From sequence record OZ335961.1: a DNA stretch of 64,000 nt. The stretch is one strand, 5' to 3'. Below, piece after piece: positions 53,121 to 62,486 of this stretch. The position numbers and the translations under genes are program-made. Position 1 is the first letter of the stretch. Every line of letters begins with the position of its first letter. Under the pieces are notes generated by a model. It saw only the letters and a program-made list of their open reading frames with translations. It made no database searches and had not been told where the DNA came from. The stretch is from a phage.

Positions 53121-53752
53121 TCAACTACCTCAATATCATACACTTTAAATGTTCCAAATGAATCGTGTAATTTTTCTTTTGAAATAGAAGTTATTTTATA
53201 CTTTCCAATTGGAATCATCCATTCTTGTTCACGTACAATCATCATTAAGTTATCAGTACGTTCTGAATCTAATCCATCAGTATCTTCATATGTATACTTA
53301 AACTCAGTATTAGGAGAAGAAAGTATAATATCGCTGATATGGTCAGAATAATTAAAAGCTTTATCAGTTTTTAAGCGAAATATTATTTCAGTGGAATATT
53401 CAACATAAGAAAAACCGCATGCTGTGTGCAAACTAGTAGTAAATGAATCTACTCTATTCGTTGAAAACACTTCTCCAACTTGTAAATCTTTAATGAGTTC
53501 TTTTGTCGATTTTGATATACCACGATATAGCTGATAAGGCGATTTAGTTAAATGCTTTTTAACGATTTTATTCAACTGCCGATGAAGGGCTTCATTCTTT
53601 TTGGCTTCCATACATTGCCAAAGAACTGACTGTTCGAAGTCAGTAAATTTTTCACAGACCTTTTTATACATATCATATTGAAAATCGACACTTTCAGCTT
53701 TTATAGATAACTGTTCAACATCTGCGAGATTAATAATCATGATAGCCTCCAT
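53117..53752 (-). CDS. modB: ADP-ribosyltransferase paralogue
   Basis: 211 aa; LYRGIS, STN, REQEWMIP motifs; adjacent paralogue of the previous gene. Confidence 0.6.
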   Translation of the reverse strand: MEAIMIINLADVEQLSIKAESVDFQYDMYKKVCEKFTDFEQSVLWQCMEAKKNEALHRQLNKIVKKHLTKSPYQLYRGISKSTKELIKDLQVGEVFSTNRVDSFTTSLHTACGFSYVEYSTEIIFRLKTDKAFNYSDHISDIILSSPNTEFKYTYEDTDGLDSERTDNLMMIVREQEWMIPIGKYKITSISKEKLHDSFGTFKVYDIEVVE

Positions 53753-53766
53753 ATACTTCAGAAGCT

Positions 53767-53796
53767 ATCATATCATTGTTAGGAAGGAAAGTAAAC
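53767..53796 (-). promoter_or_regulatory. T4-type early promoter upstream of modB
   Basis: GTTTAC -35 with weaker TATGAT -10. Confidence 0.4.
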
Positions 53797-53807
53797 AACT
53801 TTTTGAA

Positions 53808-53990
53808 TTATTTTGCCCAGGGAGCCCAGGGCGGAGGGTCAAGATGGTATGAAGCTAGTTCTTCTAGAAGAGCATCTGGGGCTTCAATTCCATAATTCTG
53901 TAATACTATACGGTACTCTTTCTTATAATCACTAGAATCATTCTGGATATTCGTAGAATGATTATCTTCTAACATCTCAAATAAATCCAT
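53808..53990 (-). CDS. hypothetical protein (60 aa)
   Basis: ORF track. Confidence 0.4.
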   Translation of the reverse strand: MDLFEMLEDNHSTNIQNDSSDYKKEYRIVLQNYGIEAPDALLEELASYHLDPPPWAPWAK

Positions 53991-53998
53991 ATTAATTC

Positions 53999-54481
53999 CT
54001 AGCGATAAAAACCAAAATAACGATTAGCTTCAATAATCTTTCTTTCTTCTTCAGACATTCTCCAGCGTAGTCCAACATCAAAATGAGCCCAGACCATCTT
54101 AACAAATGCATTTATATCTTTAATATCTTCAATAATGAATGATTTACTTTTAGAAGGTTGACCTGCTAAATTAAGTGCTAATTTAACTTTATCGTCTTCA
54201 AACAGGTCAAAAAGACCATATTCATGGGCTCTTTTATAGCCTTTAATAGTTAAAGCTTCAGAAGAAGAAAAAGGTGAATCAGTATTCTGCAAAATATCTT
54301 CAGTATGCTTTATAATTAGAATAACATTTTCTGGATATTTTCTTTCTTTTATATCTTTAATTAAAAAATCCGGATTTTCTGCTAAAGGAATAATTAATGA
54401 GCACTTTTTATCAAGTGTATTTACCGATTTACCTTCTTTAGACATAAATTCTATTGAATAATGTTTTGCTACTTCAATCAT
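53999..54481 (-). CDS. hypothetical protein (160 aa)
   Basis: ORF track; size close to T4 Mrh, not verified. Confidence 0.45.
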   Translation of the reverse strand: MIEVAKHYSIEFMSKEGKSVNTLDKKCSLIIPLAENPDFLIKDIKERKYPENVILIIKHTEDILQNTDSPFSSSEALTIKGYKRAHEYGLFDLFEDDKVKLALNLAGQPSKSKSFIIEDIKDINAFVKMVWAHFDVGLRWRMSEEERKIIEANRYFGFYR

Positions 54482-54634
54482 GTGATTTCCTCTTGCCTAC
54501 TAATGGGCCGTCAGGAATTTTGTTTTCCTGGATATATTTCTCATTTTCTTCCATCATTTTACTGCCAATTTTAAGAAGCAAATCCAGTGCTTCATTTGCT
54601 TTAGCCTTGGCCTCTTCTAATGTCATATCTCTGT

Positions 54635-54838
54635 TCATGATTTATCCCCATAGATATCTCTCATCAATTTAAGCGCTGAGCGTTCTAATTTCTTTTCTTT
54701 CTCAGCACTAATCATTGATTTCATCCATTCTTCTGATTCGTTCTGCATTTCTTTATTTGCTTGTTCAACCCAACCATCGTCAATGTACATTGAGTTTGGT
54801 CTATTAAACCATTCAAGCATTTTCTTCAGAACTTTCAT
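54635..54838 (-). CDS. hypothetical protein (67 aa)
   Basis: ORF track. Confidence 0.4.
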   Translation of the reverse strand: MKVLKKMLEWFNRPNSMYIDDGWVEQANKEMQNESEEWMKSMISAEKEKKLERSALKLMRDIYGDKS

Positions 54839-55310
54839 TTGTTTTACCTAAAACAACAGTAGGAGCATCATCAAATTCATGAATTTTTAGCAAATTTGGA
54901 TGTAAAATATTCCACACAGAAGAAATAAAGTATGATAAAGCATCTTCACTTGCAATTATAAATTTATTTCCTTTATCTATTTTCCAACTATATACTGAAT
55001 CATACGAATAAAAAGATAAAGGTTTATCATTATATTGTTCTGCGCTAACATTAATGTATTCTGATTTAGTAAATGCTTCAATTGCTCTAAACGGAATATT
55101 TGGTACAGTTTCAATAATACCAATCTTTTTAAGTTTTATTTCAGCATCTTCTGGAACTGGCATTGAAACGAAATTTTCTACGAGATACATTGGGTCACAA
55201 TAACCCTTATCAATCATTACTGCTACGGTAATTGGAACGTCTTTAGCAAACGACAAACTATTACTGCTAATATACATTTCAAACAAAATCGCTTCCATAA
55301 TTTTCCTCAA
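54813..55310 (-). CDS. hypothetical protein (165 aa)
   Basis: ORF track. Confidence 0.45.
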   Translation of the reverse strand: MRKIMEAILFEMYISSNSLSFAKDVPITVAVMIDKGYCDPMYLVENFVSMPVPEDAEIKLKKIGIIETVPNIPFRAIEAFTKSEYINVSAEQYNDKPLSFYSYDSVYSWKIDKGNKFIIASEDALSYFISSVWNILHPNLLKIHEFDDAPTVVLGKTNESSEENA

Positions 55311-55645
55311 TCACAAGATGTAGATGAACAACTAGAATCACAAGAACTTCCACACGAATCGCCTGCCCATACATGAACAGGAACATTAGTGTCATATGAA
55401 TCAGAATTAGACTGTGTATTCTGCGCATTAGATGATGCAGGTGTTGACCAGCGCCAAGGATTTTTATAATATTCTTGGGCTTCTTCATAAGTCATAGTAA
55501 CTGCTTCTACTGTTCCATCTCCCATATAAACATATTCAACTACAGTTAAAGGAAGGTAGTCATTTGAAATAGGAACTACACCTTCTCCGGGAGTTGTAGA
55601 GAAAAAATCCGTAAAGAAACTTTTAAACCAATTAAAGATAAACAT
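55307..55645 (-). CDS. hypothetical protein with Cys/Ser-rich C-terminus (112 aa)
   Basis: ORF track; C-terminal [18 protein letters not shown]. Confidence 0.45.
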   Translation of the reverse strand: MFIFNWFKSFFTDFFSTTPGEGVVPISNDYLPLTVVEYVYMGDGTVEAVTMTYEEAQEYYKNPWRWSTPASSNAQNTQSNSDSYDTNVPVHVWAGDSCGSSCDSSCSSTSCD

Positions 55646-55857
55646 TACAAAAAGCCTCTTTGAAATTCGACTCTTTGAAATCCACCCCAGTCAGTGTATC
55701 GCATTTCAGCATTGAACTCGACTGAACCATCTGTATGCATCATGAATGAATGCGTGACGATATCACAATCCCAGCTTTTCATACCCCATTTATCAGAGAT
55801 AGCTTTATCAAGAACCTTCTGGAGGTCTTCATTTGGTTTAATCCAACGATTTAACAT
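55645..55857 (-). CDS. hypothetical protein (70 aa)
   Basis: ORF track; consensus early promoter upstream at ~55884-55913. Confidence 0.4.
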   Translation of the reverse strand: MLNRWIKPNEDLQKVLDKAISDKWGMKSWDCDIVTHSFMMHTDGSVEFNAEMRYTDWGGFQRVEFQRGFL

Positions 55858-55883
55858 AGTGCTCTCCTCTATAAGATAATTCT

Positions 55884-55913
55884 ATTATACCATACTCATT
55901 GTGGAAAGTAAAC
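55884..55913 (-). promoter_or_regulatory. T4-type early promoter (consensus)
   Basis: GTTTAC -35, TATAAT -10; immediately downstream of the soc terminator. Confidence 0.5.
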
Positions 55914-55921
55914 CGGTAAAA

Positions 55922-55947
55922 TGAAAAAAGGACTCCCGAAGGAGTCC
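55922..55947 (-). terminator. rho-independent terminator after soc
   Basis: ggactcc-cgaa-ggagtcc hairpin identical to the one at 2354-2371, followed by a U-run. Confidence 0.6.
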
Positions 55948-55953
55948 CTGAAT

Positions 55954-56199
55954 TTATTCACCAGTTACTTTCCACAAATCTTCGTTTGCAGCAATCCACG
56001 CAGCACGTTGATTTTCTTCATATACAGTAGTATATGCTGCTTTTTCTGAAGGGAATATCTGATAATGAGCGCCAGAAATTTTGTGAACGTCAGAATAAAG
56101 AGGGAAAGCTACAGAAATTTCTTTTCCTTCAATTTTCTTATTTCCATCTAATTTCTGCTCAAATGTTTTAATATTAACATAACCGCGAGTACTAGCCAT
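55954..56199 (-). CDS. soc: small outer capsid protein Soc
   Basis: ~80 aa MASTRGYVNIKTFEQKLDGNKK... matches recalled Soc; late promoter upstream and strong terminator downstream. Confidence 0.8.
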   Translation of the reverse strand: MASTRGYVNIKTFEQKLDGNKKIEGKEISVAFPLYSDVHKISGAHYQIFPSEKAAYTTVYEENQRAAWIAANEDLWKVTGE

Positions 56200-56219
56200 G
56201 TAATTCTCCTTTTATTTAA

Positions 56220-56227
56220 ATTACATG
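56220..56227 (-). promoter_or_regulatory. T4 late promoter TATAAATA for soc
   Basis: Minus-strand TATAAATA ~20 nt upstream of the soc ATG. Confidence 0.55.
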
Positions 56228-56271
56228 ACTATTTATAATAAATTCTCACAGCTTTTAAGCTGTCGTTTATA

Positions 56272-56790
56272 TTAATAGCCTCGGTCTTGACGAGCGAAGT
56301 TTTCGGCATTTTTTAGATAATAAAGTTTAAAGATTTCTTCAGCCGTAAGACCGAGACCTTGGAACATGTTCAGAACAAAATGAAGAATATCAATCATTTC
56401 GAATTTAATTTCCAACTGATCTTGTGGAGATAAGTCAGTAATCAGAGTTTCACGGCGTTCACCATGTTGAGATTTCCACGGCTTCCATACAGCAGATGCA
56501 TCTTTTTCGCCATTGCTCATACCACCAAGAGAAGTCAGAAGTTCGCGGAATTCATCATCAATATAATCTTTTTGATTACGCAGCCAATCAACAACTTCAC
56601 CTGCAGTAGCCAAATCATCAGGATGACGGTTATATTCAGGTTTATCTTTAGCTAAACGAACCTGCAGAGATTTCTGCATATCAAGCATAACTTGCAGCGG
56701 GTCTTTTTCATCACCGAGAATATCCCAGTATTCATTTTGAGCTTTATCAGCGCCTTCAATCAGTTGACTACATTCGTTGAAATGTGGCAT
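56272..56790 (-). CDS. 56: dCTP pyrophosphatase gp56 (MazG-like)
   Basis: 172 aa; size and position as T4 gp56. Confidence 0.8.
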   Translation of the reverse strand: MPHFNECSQLIEGADKAQNEYWDILGDEKDPLQVMLDMQKSLQVRLAKDKPEYNRHPDDLATAGEVVDWLRNQKDYIDDEFRELLTSLGGMSNGEKDASAVWKPWKSQHGERRETLITDLSPQDQLEIKFEMIDILHFVLNMFQGLGLTAEEIFKLYYLKNAENFARQDRGY

Positions 56791-56791
56791 G

Positions 56792-57442
56792 TTATTTTTC
56801 CTTTCTTATGAAGTTTTCTATCATATGTCTATAGCAGATATTAGGATAACCTGCCTTGACAGCTATTTTATTAAATTTTGTGCGCTTAGGTCTATTATTA
56901 TAAACCCATAATTCATAAAGCGCATCATAACTATTCCATATTTCTCCTCGCCTAGGATTTGGTAAACCATATCGAGGCGAATTTTTACCGCTAAATCTTC
57001 CTTTTCGGGCTTTACTCATATTAGTCTTGGCTTCATCGGATATAATTTTACCTTTATGAGCTAGACGCATTTTGGCTTTAGTTTCTTCTGGAGTCTTTTT
57101 GCCTTTAATCCATGACGGCTTACCATATCTAGGATTATTTTCACCCGAGAAAAGAACAGAGTTTTGGATTTTAAGGGTTTCTATTAATCTACTTGTTAAT
57201 TTAACACCTTTATTATATCGCATTAAATTTACAGCATAATGCAATCCTCTCACATCTGGATATATTTTAGTTAATAATCTATGAGCTATAAAATGCTCAC
57301 GCGCAGTTAACTCAACAAGATTGTTTTTGCCATCTGCTCCTCCCATACATCTAGGAATTATATGATGGCGTTCTTTATATCCGCCAAGATGCCGGCATTT
57401 AGCTTTTGTAATTAAAGCCGAGTAAATTTTTTGGTAATTCAC
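56792..57442 (-). CDS. HNH homing endonuclease (Mob-type), paralogue of 12125..12856
   Basis: 216 aa; N-terminus nearly identical to the nrdA/nrdB endonuclease (MNYQKIY..HHIIPRCMGG..NLVELTAREHFIAH); C-terminal NUMOD-like repeats (NPRYGKP, NSPRYGLP). Confidence 0.75.
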   Translation of the reverse strand: MNYQKIYSALITKAKCRHLGGYKERHHIIPRCMGGADGKNNLVELTAREHFIAHRLLTKIYPDVRGLHYAVNLMRYNKGVKLTSRLIETLKIQNSVLFSGENNPRYGKPSWIKGKKTPEETKAKMRLAHKGKIISDEAKTNMSKARKGRFSGKNSPRYGLPNPRRGEIWNSYDALYELWVYNNRPKRTKFNKIAVKAGYPNICYRHMIENFIRKEK

Positions 57443-57512
57443 ATATATCCTTTCAATTCATGGATTAGTAGATTAATTATACAATAAATATATAAAGCAA
57501 TAAGGAGGATAT

Positions 57513-57713
57513 ATGGTACAAAAATTAATGGCACTTGTAGATGCCATAAAAGGTAATAAAAGACGTATAGCTTTTACTATTTCTGCTATGATAGGAATTT
57601 TACTTTGGAATTTTGTTTTATCGCCAGTTGCTATTGCTCATGGTGTTAGTATTCCAGTAATTACTCTCGATACATTCGTAGATTTAGCATTTGCTTTAGT
57701 TGGGTTAATTTAA
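57513..57713 (+). CDS. small hydrophobic protein (66 aa), opposite strand to neighbours
   Basis: ORF track; canonical SD AAGGAGG 7 nt before ATG; two predicted hydrophobic segments; 3' end converges on the primase stop. Confidence 0.45.
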   Translation: MVQKLMALVDAIKGNKRRIAFTISAMIGILLWNFVLSPVAIAHGVSIPVITLDTFVDLAFALVGLI

Positions 57714-58738
57714 ATCTTAGCATATTTAGATAGCCGCATTTTGGCCATCAACCCTTGGGCAATATTATTTTTCATATATTCCATAATTTGTTCAGGGGTT
57801 GCACCTTCCTTTCTAATCATATCATTAACATCTTTTGATTTCCAGGGAGATTTGTCCCAAAACATAACCCTTTCTCCTGCATCAACCAATTTAGTCATTC
57901 GTTTAATAGTATCAGGGTGACGAGGTTCATTATCTAAAACCCATACACGTCTATCTTTAAATGGAACAATTTCTAGGTCTAATTGACCACCCGTAATAGC
58001 TATACCATTTTCAATAAAAAGTGAATCTATAGGTCCTTCTAGAACATATACATCACCATCTTTGACTCGTTCAACTCCATAGATTTTTGTTGCCTCAGGA
58101 TAAGCTTTGATGGTGATATATTTTTGAGGAGCATCTTTCTTTAATGCACGTCCTTGAAAAGACTCAGCTTTTCCGTTAGCATTATAAATTGGAATAACAA
58201 GACGAGGCTCAGATATTTCCTTTTTATATGTTCCTGGCGCTATACTATTAACTAATTTAGGCCATTCGGTTGTAAACCAAAGATATTTCCATTTATCCTT
58301 TGGAATACAACGAGCTTTTACATATTTTATAATTGGATGGTCTTCCGCCAGTTTATCTAATCTAATGCATGACGGAAGAGATTTAATTATTTTCTTCTCA
58401 GGCTGCTTAGGAAGTTCTTTAGGTTTTTCTACTGGACGACTTTTACCTTTTTCTTTTCTTATTTCAAAGATATACTCACGATATAAATCAGGTTCAAACT
58501 CCTTTAAATATATTCCGATTGGTGCATGATAGTTACAGTTATAACAATGAATATTTCCTTCATTATTATCACCATAATACCATCCACGGGCTTTATTTTG
58601 GTCGGTTTTTGAATCTCCACAAACAGGGCATCTAAACCGTAATTTAAAAGTTGAACTATTATTTACTTGTGCGAATTTAGGTAAATGAGCCAATGCACGG
58701 TATGCAAACTCATTATCAATCCAAGGTATTGATGACAT
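57710..58738 (-). CDS. 61: DNA primase gp61
   Basis: 342 aa as T4 gp61; N-terminal CPVCGD...CYNCNYH zinc ribbon; TOPRIM core. Confidence 0.9.
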   Translation of the reverse strand: MSSIPWIDNEFAYRALAHLPKFAQVNNSSTFKLRFRCPVCGDSKTDQNKARGWYYGDNNEGNIHCYNCNYHAPIGIYLKEFEPDLYREYIFEIRKEKGKSRPVEKPKELPKQPEKKIIKSLPSCIRLDKLAEDHPIIKYVKARCIPKDKWKYLWFTTEWPKLVNSIAPGTYKKEISEPRLVIPIYNANGKAESFQGRALKKDAPQKYITIKAYPEATKIYGVERVKDGDVYVLEGPIDSLFIENGIAITGGQLDLEIVPFKDRRVWVLDNEPRHPDTIKRMTKLVDAGERVMFWDKSPWKSKDVNDMIRKEGATPEQIMEYMKNNIAQGLMAKMRLSKYAKI

Positions 58739-58743
58739 TTTTA

Positions 58744-58905
58744 CTCTTCTTTTTCTTTAGATTCCTCTTTTTTCTTTTTAGGAATCTGTTCAGGACCTTT
58801 ATTTACTACAGCGCCTGACGTTGTTCCAGTGGAGATATTTTCAGGATTACCACCTGAGTCTCCAGCTACCATATCTTCTTTAATAAATTCTTTATATGTT
58901 TTCAT
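58744..58905 (-). CDS. small low-complexity protein (~54 aa)
   Basis: Hand-translated MKTYKEFIKEDMVAGDSGGNPENISTGT...KKKKEESKEKEE; start abuts upstream stop; below track cutoff. Confidence 0.3.
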
Positions 58906-58906
58906 A

Positions 58907-59533
58907 TTAACCTCTATTCATAAAAGCATTAAAAATTTGGTCATCAATAGAAACATTTACTTTAGACTGTTTTTCTGATGGTAATTCATATCCACATATT
59001 ACAATTTTGTGATCAATATCAAAATACACAGAAGCAATATGATTAATGATGTTTTCAGTAAAGTCTAAATCAACATCAATATCTTTTTGACCACAGCCCA
59101 AAGGATAAATAATGCGAGTAATTCGATTATCTTTAACAAAGATTCCACCGACATACTCTGTTCTGCGTTTAAAATCTACACGCCGACGAAATGAAAAATA
59201 TTCAGGCTCTTTATGAGCTCTGCTCATAGGACACAACGAGTAACTAGAATAAGAGATGTCAAATCCTACGCCTTCAATATGAGCCAAAGTATCATGATTA
59301 AACCAATTATAATCGTACGCCAAATCCATTAGATTATAATATGTAAAAGGCACTGGATTAACATCATTAGTCACAAGCACGTAATTAGCAATTGCTATAA
59401 TTTCATTGTTTTTAACGAATACAAACCGTGATTGATGGGAATGACCTGGACCCGCGTTTTCACGATTAATGATATAACACTGGGCACCTTTATATTTGTA
59501 TGTATCTTTGCACTTGTGCATTTGATAGAGCAT
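58907..59533 (-). CDS. hypothetical protein (208 aa)
   Basis: ORF track; 61.x position. Confidence 0.5.
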   Translation of the reverse strand: MLYQMHKCKDTYKYKGAQCYIINRENAGPGHSHQSRFVFVKNNEIIAIANYVLVTNDVNPVPFTYYNLMDLAYDYNWFNHDTLAHIEGVGFDISYSSYSLCPMSRAHKEPEYFSFRRRVDFKRRTEYVGGIFVKDNRITRIIYPLGCGQKDIDVDLDFTENIINHIASVYFDIDHKIVICGYELPSEKQSKVNVSIDDQIFNAFMNRG

Positions 59534-59826
59534 TATTCACCTACCACTTCAGCGATGATATTTTTATTATTAAAGTTTTTATCACAATACAGAACATAAT
59601 TATACTGCATTACACCACCAGATTTAAGCTGTTTTTGCACTTCAGCTTTCATTTCAGGACGATCACGCTCAACGATATTCATAATATCCGCTTCAATTTG
59701 AATTTCAACTTCAGTCTGATCTGCAGTCATAGACCATTCGCACAAATCTTTGTCATAACCCGCCATAGCAGGCTGAGCAGCGCAAGAAGATAAAGCAAAA
59801 ATTGCAGCAAAGATAAATTTTTTCAT
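59533..59826 (-). CDS. sp: spackle periplasmic protein (superinfection exclusion / lysozyme inhibitor)
   Basis: 97 aa with N-terminal signal peptide MKKFIFAAIFALSSCAAQPAMA; size and position as T4 Sp. Confidence 0.7.
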   Translation of the reverse strand: MKKFIFAAIFALSSCAAQPAMAGYDKDLCEWSMTADQTEVEIQIEADIMNIVERDRPEMKAEVQKQLKSGGVMQYNYVLYCDKNFNNKNIIAEVVGE

Positions 59827-59854
59827 GATAATCTCCTCAGTAGTTTATGTTTAT

Positions 59855-59884
59855 ATAGTATCTCAATTTCCAACAAAAGTAAAC
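59855..59884 (-). promoter_or_regulatory. T4-type early promoter upstream of sp
   Basis: GTTTAC -35, TACTAT -10. Confidence 0.5.
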
Positions 59885-60138
59885 TATTTTATTTCCTCAA
59901 GTTCGTTAATCAATAAAAGTTCTCTGACGCTAAAAACAAAGAAAAATGTGTTCCCATCAACCAGAGCATGACCGCTAATAGAACACCCTCTGCGGAATTT
60001 AGAAACTTCACAATCTAGAACTGTAAAGGGTTTTAATCCTATGACTTTAGCTATGCGTCTATTCAGTTCACAACCACTTGCGAATTTTTCCAAATCTTCT
60101 TCTGATTTAAACTGATATTCTCTATTAACTAGCATCAT
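59884..60138 (-). CDS. hypothetical protein (84 aa)
   Basis: ORF track; early promoter upstream at ~60170-60199. Confidence 0.45.
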   Translation of the reverse strand: MMLVNREYQFKSEEDLEKFASGCELNRRIAKVIGLKPFTVLDCEVSKFRRGCSISGHALVDGNTFFFVFSVRELLLINELEEIK

Positions 60139-60169
60139 TTTCTTTTCTCCGCGATTAGCTGATAGAATT

Positions 60170-60199
60170 ACTATAACACAACTCTATCAGCTTGTAAAC
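60170..60199 (-). promoter_or_regulatory. T4-type early promoter
   Basis: GTTTAC -35, TATAGT -10; precedes ORF 59884..60138. Confidence 0.45.
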
Positions 60200-60201
60200 T
60201 A

Positions 60202-60486
60202 CTATTTTACTAGCATCAATAACTGTTTCTCTAACTTAATAATTTTACGAAAGTATCTTTTGCATTGACGAATCTGCCGCTTCGTAGGGCGCACAGCAAA
60301 CTTAATAAATTCCACTCGACCAAATGGAGGACTTTCTTCTGCTGGAATATCTAACACCAATTCCCACGTATCTGCAACAAGTGCTTTGAATTGAGTATTT
60401 TTCCTGACATTATACGGAGTAGGTTTAAATAAAACAATATGCATATTACCCTCGGCAATCCACTTCACATACTTTCTTGTCATCAA
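60202..60486 (-). CDS. hypothetical basic protein (94 aa)
   Basis: ORF track; Lys/Arg-rich C-terminal half. Confidence 0.45.
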   Translation of the reverse strand: MMTRKYVKWIAEGNMHIVLFKPTPYNVRKNTQFKALVADTWELVLDIPAEESPPFGRVEFIKFAVRPTKRQIRQCKRYFRKIIKLEKQLLMLVK

Positions 60487-60628
60487 TGAAAGCTTTAACT
60501 AATGCTTTATTAACTTCAGCATATTGAGTAGTAGCCCATTGAACGTCATCTTTCATCATTGTGATTTCTTTAGTAAACATGCTTTCATTCTTAAACCACC
60601 CCATAAAAACTACCTTTACCAATTCCAT
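60446..60628 (-). CDS. dmd: Dmd (inhibitor of RnlA/LsoA toxin RNases)
   Basis: 60 aa MELVKVVFMGWFKNESMF...; size and position immediately upstream of gene 41 as T4 dmd. Confidence 0.7.
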   Translation of the reverse strand: MELVKVVFMGWFKNESMFTKEITMMKDDVQWATTQYAEVNKALVKAFIDDKKVCEVDCRG

Positions 60629-60657
60629 AACAATCTCCTCATTTAACCAACAAGACT

Positions 60658-60687
60658 ACTATACCATAGTCTTGTCGGCTTGTAAAC
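60658..60687 (-). promoter_or_regulatory. T4-type early promoter upstream of dmd
   Basis: GTTTAC -35, TATAGT -10; overlaps the gene 41 stop region. Confidence 0.45.
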
Positions 60688-62114
60688 TAAAATTTTAATT
60701 CATTTGCCAAAGCATCTAACTGAGCTCGAGCGGATTCGTTTCTTTGATAGCGGTTCTGTTCAGCCTGAATCTGCTGTGAACCTGCTACTTCGTTCACTTC
60801 GGTTGGAGTAGAATCTTGCTCAATTTCTACCCATTTTTGATTTCCTTTTTGAACACCCATCAAAAACTTATTCCATTTATTCTTATCACCATATCGTGAT
60901 TTGATTTGCTTAATGAGTTGTTGTTCAGCGGCTGCTAACTCCTCGGTTTCAATGACCGCAAGCATAAAATCGGCTGTTGCTGGAAGACCGGCAGATTCTG
61001 CAATATCGCTCATGTTAACATCAGAAGAATCCCAAGCTTGCTTACCAACCTGTGCTGCAGTCCAAAGAACAGTTTCGGTTTCAACAGCCAGAGCACGCAA
61101 TTCTTCTGCGATGGCTTTAACAGTTGTGTAACTATTTTCTGAATAAACTCTGATGCGACAAGATTTACAAATACCCAGATAGTCAACAATAATGATTGTT
61201 GGAACAAAATTCTTCTTGAGCTTTAATTCGTTTAAAAGCGATCGAAATGTATTAGCGTCTGCTCCACCAGTAGGATATTGCTTAACGATTAAACGACCGA
61301 GAGTAGATTTCTCACGCCATTTTTCCATTTTTCCTTTATACTCAGCGTAAGAAATATGCCCATCATCAATGTCATCAAGAGAAACATCAAGCATGTTAGC
61401 GTCAATACGCTTAGCACAAACTTCTTCTGCCATTTCCATGGAAATGTAAAGAACATTATGTCCGAGCTGCAAATAATCTGCTGCCAATGAACACAGACCT
61501 AATGACTTACCGACGTTAACACCAGCCATTAAAACGTTCAGTGTTCCAGTTTCAGCTCCACCTTTAGTAATTTTATTTAGAATTTTGAGTCTAAATGGAA
61601 CCTTACGAGCTTTATTCATATAAGATAGCCAACGTGCTTCGTAGTCATCCATCCAATCATGACCAACGTAACTATCAAATGAAATTGATAATGCTTGGCG
61701 CATGATGTCAGGAATAGCACCTACATCTGGCATTTTCTTATTTCGTTTTTCCGGAGGAAGCTCAGCATTAGTTTGAATTTCAATTATTTTAGACGTAGCA
61801 TTAAACATCGCCCTTTGCTGAACATATTTTTCTGTTTCTTTTACTAACCAGCTATGGTCTTCTGGAGAATCGGCTAGTTTCGAAATAAGTGTTTTTACAC
61901 CAGAATATTCTGTTTCAGTAAATGAACTATTTTCTAATGCAACATTTAACGCATTAATAGATGGAACGCTATGGTATTCATTAACATGAGATTTAATTAA
62001 TTTGAATGTATTTTTAGCTGGACCACTTTCAAAATATTCTGAATCCATATATGGCCAAACTTTTGAAAAATAAGCTTGATCAAATATGAGATGAGAAAGA
62101 ATAATTTCTACCAC
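60687..62114 (-). CDS. 41: replicative DNA helicase gp41 (DnaB family)
   Basis: 475 aa as T4 gp41; Walker A GVNVGKS. Confidence 0.9.
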   Translation of the reverse strand: MVEIILSHLIFDQAYFSKVWPYMDSEYFESGPAKNTFKLIKSHVNEYHSVPSINALNVALENSSFTETEYSGVKTLISKLADSPEDHSWLVKETEKYVQQRAMFNATSKIIEIQTNAELPPEKRNKKMPDVGAIPDIMRQALSISFDSYVGHDWMDDYEARWLSYMNKARKVPFRLKILNKITKGGAETGTLNVLMAGVNVGKSLGLCSLAADYLQLGHNVLYISMEMAEEVCAKRIDANMLDVSLDDIDDGHISYAEYKGKMEKWREKSTLGRLIVKQYPTGGADANTFRSLLNELKLKKNFVPTIIIVDYLGICKSCRIRVYSENSYTTVKAIAEELRALAVETETVLWTAAQVGKQAWDSSDVNMSDIAESAGLPATADFMLAVIETEELAAAEQQLIKQIKSRYGDKNKWNKFLMGVQKGNQKWVEIEQDSTPTEVNEVAGSQQIQAEQNRYQRNESARAQLDALANELKF

Positions 62115-62123
62115 ACTTACTCC

Positions 62124-62486
62124 TTAAAAGAATTTAAATTTTTTCTTTGACCTTTTATTAAATGCATCTTGTAGTTGCATTGTAATACATTTTTCTACAT
62201 GAGGAGCTAACTCAGCTTTTCTTTCTTGGTCAAGAACAGCAAAGTCCATTACGACTTTTCCATCAACCCAATCTAATTTTGTCACATACACAATGTGTGT
62301 AGAACCATCTTCTAGTTTAATGACAATCTCCTGGATAACATTTTCCATGGCAGATTTAATTATCTTAAGAGATTCACTAAAAAGACGTTCTTTTCTTTCT
62401 TCTTCCCCCTCCGAAGAGGGGGATTCATCGATAATTTCTAGATCTAAATCTAAATCATCTTTATTCATTAAATTCTTCCATATCAC
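62124..62486 (-). CDS. 40: hypothetical protein (120 aa), gene 40 position
   Basis: ORF track; located between 41 and uvsX as T4 gene 40. Confidence 0.5.
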   Translation of the reverse strand: MIWKNLMNKDDLDLDLEIIDESPSSEGEEERKERLFSESLKIIKSAMENVIQEIVIKLEDGSTHIVYVTKLDWVDGKVVMDFAVLDQERKAELAPHVEKCITMQLQDAFNKRSKKKFKFF

